43,594 bases of DNA from an uncultured cyanobacterium (GTDB lineage Bacteria > Cyanobacteriota > Cyanobacteriia > Leptolyngbyales > Leptolyngbyaceae). How positions within the stretch are numbered: position 1 is the first letter of the stretch; every line of letters starts with the position of its first letter. This document shows positions 9,292 to 18,850 of the stretch, in pieces. The notes beneath the pieces were generated by a model. The model was not told the DNA's origin, searched no databases, and was given only the letters and a program-made list of their open reading frames with translations. Made by a program: the position numbers and the translations under genes. Location: NCBI GenBank assembly GCA_963766075.1, contig CAVYAN010000022.1, positions 1-43,594 on the forward strand, read 5' to 3'.

Positions 9292-10577
9292 GTGCAGGCG
9301 GCGGTGCAGGCGATGATCGCGGCGAAGTGTTCGGATTGGCATTTGCTGCGGGTGTATCGGGATTCGCGATCGCTGGCGGAACTCGTCACCCCAATGGGTA
9401 CACCGAAGCGGGCACGGCTGGTGCGGATTCAGCCGGAGCTGGATTTTTTGGATGTCCAGGATCAGGTGAAGGTGGCGAGGGCGTTTGCCTTTGTGGGGCG
9501 CAAGCGATCGCTGCAACGGTGTTTGAAGGTGATGGGGCCGACGAGCGATCGCGTGGGGGTGTTCATTCAGGGCATGGGCGGGTTGGGCAAGAGTACCCTG
9601 GCAGCGCGGGTGTGTCGGCGGGTGCAGGCGTTGCGGACTGGGGTGCAGCGGGTGGTGCTGGTGGGGGTGGCGCTGGTGGGGGGAGAGGCAGAGATTGCTG
9701 GGAAAATTGGCCATTCCGTAGCTACGCAATGGGTGAATGATTCGCGATTTGTGGAAGCCCTGGATCTGTGCCAACGGATTTTAGCTGTGTTTACGGATCA
9801 ACGGATTTTGCGCACTATTGCCCGCGCCGAAGTGATCCTAGGGGCTGTGGAATCTGCCACGGCCCACTATACCGAAGCCCTGAACCTTTGTCCTGAAGAT
9901 GATTTGGCGGGGCGATCGAGCATTCTGTTTAACCATGCCACCCTGATCGCTCAGCAAGGGGACATCGATCGCGCCCTCGACCTTTGGCAGCAATCCTTGG
10001 AAATCTATGAGCGAATCGGCAATATCCAAGGCAAAGCCGCCACGCTGGCCAACATGGGGGCAAACGCATATAAACAGGGAGACATCCAACGAGCCGCCGA
10101 ATTGCTGCAACAATCGGCTCAAGCTTTGGGACAAGTCAGGGCCTATACCGATTTGGTGACGGCTCTTAGCAACCTGGGGGGCATCACTGAAACAGGCAAT
10201 CTGGCCTATTTCGCCCAAGCCCTCTGGCTCTGCCTGCGGATTCAATCCCCCTTGATGGCTGCCCTGAGCTGATCAAAATTTCTACGAACTGAGTCCCCCA
10301 AGGCGACCCCCTCGAAGCCCTGCTGGCCGCCTACGCCCTCCACCTGTGCGCCCAACGTGGGGCCACCCATCCCCAACTCTCCCAACTCCAGGAACTCAGC
10401 ACCCAAATGCTATCCGGGGCCGCCCACGCCCAAGGCATCGAAGCTGAAGACGTTTTGGCCTGGTTCAGCCAACAGCAGCTCAACGACCCCGCCGCCTTCC
10501 TGCCCCGCTTCAACCAGCACCTAGAAACCCTGATTGGCGACGGCTGGGCCTTCGACCCGACGCCCTTAGGCCGTTAA
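9292..10577 (+). pseudogene. Truncated and internally deleted P-loop NTPase-TPR gene
   Basis: No clear start. Walker A GMGGLGKS is followed within about 40 aa by TPR-like helices. After a frameshift near 10270 the reading continues FYELSPQGDPLEALL...DPTPLGR* (stop 10575-10577). Confidence 0.65.
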
Positions 10578-10689
10578 AACACCGCGTCCGGATCGCGCTC
10601 CCGGTGTTTACCGCGACAGGGTTTTTGCCGCAACAATCGCTACGCTGAGCACTAGGATAAAAACGACACCTCTCCCCGCCATTTTCCCC

Positions 10690-11058
10690 ATGAACGACGC
10701 CAAAAATGTCCTCGGCCAACCCCTGCAACCCTGCGGCACCGATCCAATCACCGGCTTCTTTCGCGATGGCTGCTGCCAAACCGGCCCCCAGGATCGCGGC
10801 ACCCACGTCGTCTGCGCCCAAGTCACCGCCGAATTTTTGCGCTTCACCCAAACCCAAGGCAACGATCTCAGCACCCCCATGCCCCTCTACGGCTTCCCCG
10901 GCCTCAAACCCGGAGATCGCTGGTGCCTCTGCGTCTCCCGCTGGCAAGAAGCCTTCGCCGCCGGATTCGCCCCCCCGGTCATCCTCGCCGCCACCCACGA
11001 AGCCACATTGAACATCGTGCCCCTGCCCGTCTTGCAGGAATATGCGATCGATATCTAA
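10690..11058 (+). CDS. DUF2237 family protein
   Basis: NVLGQPLQPC..DPITGFFRDGCC, GLKPGDRWCLC and PPVILAATHE motifs. Confidence 0.93.
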   Translation: MNDAKNVLGQPLQPCGTDPITGFFRDGCCQTGPQDRGTHVVCAQVTAEFLRFTQTQGNDLSTPMPLYGFPGLKPGDRWCLCVSRWQEAFAAGFAPPVILAATHEATLNIVPLPVLQEYAIDI

Positions 11059-11183
11059 GGGACTTCCCCATAAATAGTCATGCCATCAGAGCGTCACAGC
11101 CGCCCCGTGAATGAAGGATCCCGGTGGCGAATGGGAACCAGAAAATGGACGCGCGATTTGAGCGTGATCGGCGATCGCATCCT

Positions 11184-11355
11184 CCGCGCCGGAATGAAAT
11201 TCGGCGCTCTCACGGCGAAGTCAGTTTCTAACTGACTGGAACGGCTAGGATCGCTGACTCCGTCCAGTGGATCGGATGGAACGCAAAGCCCCGGATCTTA
11301 CAGTCCACTTCTAGTGGACTTCGCTCTAGGAGCGCCGACTTCTAGTCCGGCGCGG
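11184..11355. repeat. Inverted pair of ~55-bp REP-like units
   Basis: 11184-11238 aligns with the reverse complement of 11301-11355 (CGCGCCGGA-N7-TCGGCGCTC-N5-GCGAAGTC-N11-GACTG). Confidence 0.8.
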
Positions 11356-11442
11356 GTCCGAGCGATCGCCGATGAATGTCCAAAGGTATCTTTCTCTTGA
11401 ATTCGCCACGGGTATGTTGAATGGCGGGGTTGGGATAATGAT

Positions 11443-12348
11443 TTACAATCCCGCAAACCACTCATAGCCCTGATCCTCCCAATAGCCCTTGCGACGGCGA
11501 TCGAGCTGACTCACAAACGTCACCCGCGTCACCCACTTACTCAGCTTATAGCCCAGCTTAATCGGCGACGCCAACCGCAACGGCGCACCAAAATCCACCG
11601 GCAACGGCTCCCCATTCTTCTCATCCACCAAAAGCGTCTGAGGATGCAACGCCGAAGCCAAATCCCAGCTCTCGTAATAGCCATCCGCCGACTGGAAATA
11701 GACATACCGCACCCCCGCCTGGGGCCGTGCCAAACGCGCCAACTCCACCAGCGGAAACCCCGCCCATTGCACGATCGCCGCCCATCCCTCCACACACACA
11801 TGCCGAATCACCATCGACTGGCGCGGCAGCTTTTGGATCGCCGCCAAATCCAAACTCAGCGGCACCGCCACCTCCCCATCCACCGTTAGGCGATAGGTCA
11901 CCGGATCCAGACGCGGCGTAAACCGAAACGTATTTTCAATCAGCGCATCCGGCTCAATCGCACTCATCGGAAACTCCGGCACCCGCTGCTGCGGCTTCAG
12001 CAACAACTCCTCCACCCGCTGATTCAGCGGCTCAAACCAAGCACTCGGACTCAGCACATCCAAGCCCTGTCCCTTCGCCGTTGCCTGCTCCCACAGCGTC
12101 AGCACCGAAGTCCCCATCAGCCAACTGCCCCCAGAAAACCCCAAAATCCGCACAAAACTCCGCCGAGTAAAGCGACTAGCCGCCACCTTCGGCAACACAG
12201 GCGACGACGATGGAGAGGCCAACGGAGCATCCGGCTTGGAGTCTAATTTAGGCTCCAATCTAGACTCCAGATTAGAGTCTAGATTGGAGTCCGGCTTAGA
12301 GTCCAGATTGGCATCTAAATTAGCGTCAAAATTCTGATCCAGTTTCAT
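11443..12348 (-). CDS. Molybdopterin-dependent oxidoreductase (sulfite oxidase/MsrP-like), probable Tat substrate
   Basis: RHVCVEGW, GAPLRL..P.KLGYKLSKWV and GYWEDQGY motifs; FTRRSFV twin-arginine motif; N-terminal 4-aa repeats. Confidence 0.88.
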   Translation of the reverse strand: MKLDQNFDANLDANLDSKPDSNLDSNLESRLEPKLDSKPDAPLASPSSSPVLPKVAASRFTRRSFVRILGFSGGSWLMGTSVLTLWEQATAKGQGLDVLSPSAWFEPLNQRVEELLLKPQQRVPEFPMSAIEPDALIENTFRFTPRLDPVTYRLTVDGEVAVPLSLDLAAIQKLPRQSMVIRHVCVEGWAAIVQWAGFPLVELARLARPQAGVRYVYFQSADGYYESWDLASALHPQTLLVDEKNGEPLPVDFGAPLRLASPIKLGYKLSKWVTRVTFVSQLDRRRKGYWEDQGYEWFAGL

Positions 12349-12358
12349 AGTGCCGCCC

Positions 12359-12988
12359 TCATTCCTTTGGCGAATCAATAGACTGCCCATCGATAAACAT
12401 CGAATTCACCAAGCGATCGCCCCCCGCCTGCAACGCCAGCCACGAATGGGCGATCGCAAACAAAATCACCGCCGGCACCGTCAGAAAATGCATCACCCGC
12501 AGCGCAAACCAATCCCCAAAGCAATCGACAATCCAAGGAAATTGCGCCGGTTTATACATCCCTACCCCCGTAAACACCGCCAGCAGCAGCACCCCAATAA
12601 TCCCCGTATAAGCCAACCGGTGCCACGCATAAATCCGCCGCTGCGGATTCCGACTTTCCCGCAGCGCCTTCACATCCTTCCCCCCCACAAACCGATGCCG
12701 CCAGCGCCGCGTCACCAAGATATACACCCCATACCCCAGCAAATTCAGCGAAAAAGCCCACATCGCCATAAAGTGCCAATGCCGCCCCCCCGCCAGCCAG
12801 CCCCCCAACAGCCCAATCGGCGGCACATGCAACCCCGCCCGCCCCCCAAACACCGGATTCGCATTGTAAATCTGCAAACCACTCGTCAGCAGCATCAACA
12901 AACTAACAATATTGATCCAATGAAAAACCTTAGCAGGCAAAGTCTGAAGCGATCGCGGCGATTTAGGAGTCGGTACAACGGCAGCCAT
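12359..12988 (-). CDS. Cytochrome b/b6-domain membrane subunit (thiosulfate reductase/hydrogenase b-type)
   Basis: FHWIN, SGLQIYNA.P, GGWLAGGRHWHF and LRVMHF heme-His motifs; ATG at 12988. Confidence 0.88.
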   Translation of the reverse strand: MAAVVPTPKSPRSLQTLPAKVFHWINIVSLLMLLTSGLQIYNANPVFGGRAGLHVPPIGLLGGWLAGGRHWHFMAMWAFSLNLLGYGVYILVTRRWRHRFVGGKDVKALRESRNPQRRIYAWHRLAYTGIIGVLLLAVFTGVGMYKPAQFPWIVDCFGDWFALRVMHFLTVPAVILFAIAHSWLALQAGGDRLVNSMFIDGQSIDSPKE

Positions 12989-13076
12989 TGTTAAGCATTT
13001 GTAATAGTTCCACCACCACTGTACAAGACTCCCCCACCCCCCGCACCCCAAATTCCCAAAATCCCCACCCAGAAAC

Positions 13077-13152
13077 GCAACAGATATCAAAAAGTGCAAC
13101 AGATACCTATCAAAAAGTGCAACAGATACCAAAAAAAAGCGCAACAGATACC
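13077..13152. repeat. Four direct repeats of GCAACAGATA separated by A-runs
   Basis: Cores at 13077, 13096, 13119 and 13141. Confidence 0.85.
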
Positions 13153-13387
13153 ACCCCCCTCCCCAGCCATCATCCACCCAGCCCCCCACCCCCACCCCAA
13201 AACCCTTTCAGGGGGCTTGGGGGAGTTAGGCCCCCAAAAAGCGGGGGTTTGGGGGGAAGTCCCCCAAGGTTCGGTGGCTCGGTAGCTCGGAGGTTCAGAA
13301 GTCGAAGCCACCCCCAAAAATCCATCCCCCCCGCAAGCCCTCCCCAGTAGATAATAGACAACAGCACCCCCCCAACCCCCGTGACCG

Positions 13388-14746
13388 ATGACCTCGTTTT
13401 ACATCGCCCCCCGCTTCCTCGATCGCCTCTCCATCCACATCGCCAAAAACTACCTCACCCTCCCCAACGTCAAAGTCCCACTCATCTTAGGAGTCCACGG
13501 GCGCAAAGGCGAAGGCAAATCCTTTCAATGCGAATTAGTATTTGAACGCATGGGCATCAACGTCGTGCACATGTCAGCCGGAGAACTAGAAAGCCCCGAC
13601 GCCGGCGACCCAGCCCGACTAGTCCGCGTCCGCTATCGAGAAGCCGCAGAACTCGTGCGCGTGCGCGGCAAAATGGCCGTCCTCATGATCAACGACATCG
13701 ATGCCGGAGCCGGACGCGTCGATCAATACACCCAGTACACCGTCAACACCCAGTTGGTCAACGGCACCCTCATGAACATTGCCGACAACCCCACCAACGT
13801 CCAACTCCCCGGCAGCTACGAAGCCGAACCCATTCGCCGAGTCCCCATCATTGTCACCGGCAACGACTTTTCCACCCTCTATGCCCCCTTGATCCGCGAC
13901 GGACGCATGGAAAAATTCTTCTGGGAACCCGATCGCCGCGATCGCATCGGCATTGTCAGCGGCATTTTCCAAAGCGATGCCGTCACCAAGGCCGACATTG
14001 AGCGTTTAGTCGATACCTTTCCCGACCAAGCCATTGACTTTTATGGGGCACTGCGATCGCGGCTGTATGACGAACAAGTCAAACATTTAATTGATACCGT
14101 CGGGCTTGACCATATTTCCATGCGCCTCGTCAACAGCAAAGAAGCGCCCCCCGAATTCCACCCGCCCGACTTTAGCCTGCCCCATTTAATCGAAGTCGGC
14201 CAAGAACTGCTGCGAGAACAGCAGCGCGTCCAGGAAATGAATCTTGCCGAAGAATACAACAAATCCCTCTACTTCAACCGCAAGCTCGGCTATACCGACA
14301 CGGCAGCCGCAGCCCCCAATGCCGAAGCCAATGCCGCCCGCCAGAACAGCACCTTCTACCGTGCCTATGATGCCACCAATGACCGTGCCACCAATGGCGG
14401 TGCCACCAATGACCGTGCCGCCGCGTCCCCAGCGTCCCCAGCGCCCCCCGCCAGCTACGCAGGCCAGCCCTCCAGCACCCGCCTAACGCCAGAAATGGTC
14501 ACCACCGTGAATCAAATCTTGACCCAAGGCTATCGTCTGGGCATTGAATATGTCGATCAGCGCCGCTTCCGCACTAACTCCTGGGCCTGCTACGGCACCT
14601 TTGACCAAGCCGGAGCCGCCGCGATCGCCGCCCTAGAAACCTGCCTCACCGACCATCCTCGGGACTACATTCGCCTCGTGGGAGTGAATCCGGGCGATCG
14701 CCGTCGCTTGATCGAAACAATCATCCAGCGACCTGCTGCCGGATAA
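13388..14746 (+). CDS. rca: Rubisco activase-like AAA+ protein with C-terminal RbcS-like (SSUL) domain
   Basis: GRKGEGKS, INDIDAGAGR, TVNTQLVNGTLMNIADNP and LIRDGRMEKF motifs; C-terminal GIEYVDQRRFRTNSW...YIRLVGV...IIQRP. Confidence 0.93.
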   Translation: MTSFYIAPRFLDRLSIHIAKNYLTLPNVKVPLILGVHGRKGEGKSFQCELVFERMGINVVHMSAGELESPDAGDPARLVRVRYREAAELVRVRGKMAVLMINDIDAGAGRVDQYTQYTVNTQLVNGTLMNIADNPTNVQLPGSYEAEPIRRVPIIVTGNDFSTLYAPLIRDGRMEKFFWEPDRRDRIGIVSGIFQSDAVTKADIERLVDTFPDQAIDFYGALRSRLYDEQVKHLIDTVGLDHISMRLVNSKEAPPEFHPPDFSLPHLIEVGQELLREQQRVQEMNLAEEYNKSLYFNRKLGYTDTAAAAPNAEANAARQNSTFYRAYDATNDRATNGGATNDRAAASPASPAPPASYAGQPSSTRLTPEMVTTVNQILTQGYRLGIEYVDQRRFRTNSWACYGTFDQAGAAAIAALETCLTDHPRDYIRLVGVNPGDRRRLIETIIQRPAAG

Positions 14747-14755
14747 TGCTTTGCC

Positions 14756-14820
14756 CCCTTCGACTCTGCTCCCTTCGACCCTGCTCCCTTCGACTACGCT
14801 CAGGGAGCAGGGTCGAGGGG
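14756..14820. repeat. 15-bp tandem repeat x3 (CCCTTCGACNNNGCT) folding back on AGCAGGGTCGAGGGG
   Basis: Seen directly after the rca stop; REP-like and possibly a terminator. Confidence 0.7.
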
Positions 14821-14961
14821 AGTAATCTTGGTTGATATAATTTTCCTGGAAATTGCCGCGTGATGCGTGCTCCTGCACCCCGCTGGTCGATCTCGAGGGG
14901 CCATCCTGGGGCAGTCTGGAACTGGGCCGAGCGATCGCGATGAAAAAAATGGGTGACCCGG

Positions 14962-14990
14962 TTGCATTGACCAGGATTTTCCTGTACTAT
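14962..14990 (+). promoter_or_regulatory. Putative sigma70-type promoter (-35 TTGCAT, 17-bp spacer, -10 TACTAT)
   Basis: Positionally equivalent to 462-490; followed by GCGTCAAGGT versus GCGTTAAGGT in copy 1. Confidence 0.6.
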
Positions 14991-14996
14991 TTGGCG

Positions 14997-15190
14997 TCAA
15001 GGTTGGTGTTTCGGTGTATCACCCGCCAGCCCCAAGGCCAAAAACCATAGTCTTAAAGCGCGATCGCCCGGTGGTGACACACCAAAGCGATCGCTGACCC
15101 CCACGCTGATCGGAGCCAGCATGGCAGCTTGTTGTATTTTACAAGCCACCCTGCCGACACGCACCAGGGGTGGCTTTGGTTTTTGGTTTT
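14997..15190 (+). ncRNA. Structured leader / candidate ncRNA, copy 2
   Basis: GGTTGGTG/CACCCGCC stem, HIP1-armed hairpin at 15060-15094, and AAGCCACCC/GGGTGGCTT at 15143-15176 followed by a T-rich tail. Confidence 0.55.
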
Positions 15191-15232
15191 CCTACCCCAT
15201 TTGTACCCATAGGTACCCAGGAGAACCAAACC

Positions 15233-15446
15233 ATGAATATGTCTGCACCGAACCGCGAGCGCAGCGGTTCACAGTTCCGATTGGGTGAACATTACCCTCA
15301 GCGGGCAGGCCCACGCGGTGGAGGCGATGATCCATCTGCTGCATCGCCTGAATGTGATTGCCGCTAGCGAATGGAGTCCGCCCGTGGCCTTGCGCGATTC
15401 GCCGATAGTGATGCGGGTGGCGGCGCGGGGGATGCGATCGCAATAA
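15233..15446 (+). CDS. Small hypothetical protein, paralog of 722-994 (one frameshift near the 5' end)
   Basis: SD AGGAG and ATG 15233. The +1 frame gives SDWVNITLSGQAHAVEAMIHLLHRLNVIAASEWSPPVALRDSPIVMRVAARGMRSQ*. Missed by the ORF track. Confidence 0.65.
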
Positions 15447-15491
15447 GCCACCGGCGATGCGGCCCCACTGAGCGGCATCGTCCCAAGTACT

Positions 15492-15636
15492 GCGATCGCC
15501 CGCTAAATCTACCGATCACCGCGCTTAATTTGGCAGTGCGATCGCCTAAATTTGCGTGAGATGCGGAATGTTAAGGGCGATCGATCCCAAATTTGGGGCG
15601 ATCGGGCCTAATTTAGGGGCGATCGCCCTCAGATTT
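15492..15636. repeat. HIP1-rich degenerate ~21-bp units arranged as two opposing arrays
   Basis: CTAAAT-like cores at 15503, 15524 and 15546; inverted ATTTRG-like cores at 15591, 15611 and about 15633. Confidence 0.5.
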
Positions 15637-15739
15637 CGCTCCAATTATGAATTTCCCATCAACTTGGCAGGGATTTATCCGCGTTGAGTAAAGCGGTTGG
15701 GCAAAGCCAGGGGATGGGGCGATCGGGCAGCGGGGTCGC

Positions 15740-18552
15740 CTAATCAGAACATTCGCGGCTGAGGATGAGTTGCCCATCGGGGAGTTGATACACGCCATCA
15801 GGTTCGACAATCGGATCACCCTTCTGCCACCGTTTCCCCGGTACCCGAGGAACTGAACTGACTCCTGACTCCTGACGACCGACGACCGTCGCCCGCAATT
15901 CCCCTGTCGGGTAGGGCACCGCAGGCGGATCGCCGGGGCGGAGGGGCAGGCTGCTGGAGCCGGTGACGTAGAAGCTGTTGTTGCGGTTGGGGGTGCGGAC
16001 AATGCAGGTATTGGCGAGGAGGGCGTTGGTGTCGATTTGGGTATTCGGCAATTGATTGAGACCGTTTTGGAGGAAGCTGAGATCGGGGAGGGTAATAGTT
16101 CCAAAAATACTACCACTAGCGTTAATATCTACGCGGTTATTGCCATCTAGCGTCAGTGGATCGGTGCCAAAGGGAGCAGGGCGATAGTTTTGTCCAAAGA
16201 AAGCGCGGGTGTTGAGAGTGATATTGCCACCACGACCATCTTGGGCAAAAGCCAGAATGTCACTATCATCTAAAGCAATAATGGAGTTTGCAGTGATAGT
16301 AATATCCCCCCCATCGTCAGCGCCGCTGAAAACTGAAGTGACGATATTACTGTTACCCGATAAGCGAATTGCATTAGCTGCAACATCAATGCTGCCGCCA
16401 GCGGTTAACGACGAAGATGTTGCGATCGTACCATCAATAACTTTTAGGGTATCTCGGACTTGCAGCACAATATCTCCCGCATCCCCTTGTCCAAAGGAAC
16501 TAGAATTCAATTGCGCCCTATCAGTAACCTGGAGTGAGCCTGCGGAGAGTGTCAGCCTCCTCCCTGCCCCACAGCGCCAGTTTCTAAGGTACTTGCAGCA
16601 CCGCTCGAAAACCCATTGATACCCACCCCATCAAAGATAGCGATATCACGCACGGTAATCCAGATATTGCCGGCATCCCCTTGCCCAAAAGTGCTAGAAC
16701 TCAATTGCGCCCCATTGGTGACCCGGAGCGAGTCTGCGGAAAGTGTCAGTGTACCGCCCTGTCCCACGGCCTTAGGTCCCACTTGACTTCTGACACCACT
16801 TGAAAATTCATTGCTACCAGTGCCATCAAAGATAGCGATATCACGCACGGTAATCCAGATATTACCAGCATTCCCTTGCCCAAAAGTGCTAGAACTCAAT
16901 TGCGCCCCATTGGTGACCCGGAGCGAGTCTGCGGAAAGCGTCAGTGTACCGCCCTGTCCCACGGCCTTAGGTCCCACTTGACTCCTGACAATACTCGAAA
17001 ATCCATTACTGCCAGTGCCATCAAAGGTGGCAGCATCACGGATGATAATCGAGACAGTCCCCGCACTCCCTTGTCCAAAGGTTCCAGAACCCAACACAGC
17101 ACCATTGGTGACGTTAAGTGAGCCTGCGAAGAGTGTCAGGCTTCCTCCCTGTCCTACAGCACCAGCTTCTACCGTACTTTCGGCATCGCTGGAAAACCCA
17201 TTGGTACCCACCCCGTCAAAGATGGCGATATCACGTACGCTAATCCAGATATTGCCTGCATTTCCTTGCCCAAAGGTACTGGAATTTAATTGTGCTCCAT
17301 TAGTGACGCGAAGAGAACCGACGATGAGCGTTAGCGTCCCTCCATTACCCATCGCGTTAGGTGCCACTTGACTCCCAACACTACTGGAAAATCCATTGCT
17401 GTCTGCCCCATCAAAGATGGCGGTATCACGGACAGTAATCGAGATATTCCCCCCATTCCCTCGCCCAAAAACGTCAGAGGTCAATTGTGCTCCATTAGTA
17501 ACGTTGAGGGAGCCTACGTTGATCAGAGTATTTCCGGCATTACCTGTTGCTCCAGCTTGAACAAGATTGAATACGCCGCTCATTCCCTGAATTTGGAGCA
17601 CTCCAGTGGCATTCAAAGTAATGTCACCTGCTTGGCTAGTGACCGTTCCCAATCCAGGCCGAATACCAGCCTGCAAAAAACTGCTGTCTAAAATATCTAG
17701 GTTACGAGCATTGATGACGATGCTACCCCCGCCCCCCGCGGCAACATTCACCGCAGAGAAACTGAGAGATGAATCACTCAGGGATATATTCGATCTCTCC
17801 ACCCCATCCGGGAACTGCAACTGCAACTCATTTCCACTCGTCACCAACTCCACCCGTCCAGCCGCCGCCAATCCTCCTAGTTCCACTCGCCCACCGGGAG
17901 CCTGCAAAATGCCCCCTTCCAGTGTCACATTGCCTCCCAGCAACATTAAATTCTGCCCATTCGGCACCCGCAAGTTCACTGAACGATTTACCATATTGCC
18001 CGTCGGCACCCGATCAAACAGATACACCGAGGGGTTAATCGTCAGCAACGACAAGTCATTACCGGGTGTCGTTGCGCCAAAACTGCCCCGATCTCCAAAC
18101 CCAATCGCATTTGCCGTTGTCGCCGCAAACGAACCGCCCACATCCAATTGAGCACTCGCACCAAAAATGATGCCATTGGGATTCAGCAAAAATAGATTGG
18201 CAGTAGAAACTGCAAAAGTGTTATCCAGACGAGTACCTAAAACGCCATCAATCTGAGACAAGTTTTGTCCCGTAACTCGTGCAAACACATTTTGAATGGT
18301 GTCATTGGGAATCAGAAAAAATGCCGCACGATCTGGGCTAATATTAAATTCTTGAAAACTGTGAAACAGGTTTTGCCCCCGCACTGCACCATCCCGAATC
18401 GCCTCAATCGGGAAACCCAAGAAATTGGGAACTACGGTAGTCCCAGCCGTAGGATCAGCAACAATATTGCTTTGGGCAAGGGCAGGCAGAGAAAATCCGA
18501 TCGCCCCCATCATCCCCAACCCGATCGCCACCCGCAGCTCCTGAATCTTCAT
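15740..18552 (-). CDS. Filamentous haemagglutinin-like (TpsA-type) exoprotein 1; single frameshift near 16555
   Basis: Signal peptide, NLFHSFQEF and NLFLLNPNGIIFG haemagglutination-activity domain, 65-aa beta-helix repeats. The two ORF-track pieces join if one base is restored. Confidence 0.88.
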
Positions 18553-18850
18553 CCGATCGCCCCCTACCCCAATCCCGTGAATGGCTGAGATCGTACCAGG
18601 AGAACAAGCGATCGCCCGCTAAATTCAATCAAACTTCCAAATTGCGATCGGTCTTGCCGTCTCGGAGCACATCTCCCCAACCCGTTCAGCCTCACCCCAA
18701 CCCCATCCAGTACAACTGTGGGCAACCCGCCCCACTCTGCTTCAGTCATTGCCCCCAGTCATTTTGAACATCCCACGATCCAGCCCCACTTGAACCAGGT
18801 AATATACCTTTAGCGTTCAACCTCACGCCCTCTACCCCTGGAACTTGCCC

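Noticed and set aside
12989..13195. Extended N-terminus of the cytochrome b ORF
   Set aside because: It runs through non-coding tandem repeats and G-runs; ATG 12988 fits the family start.
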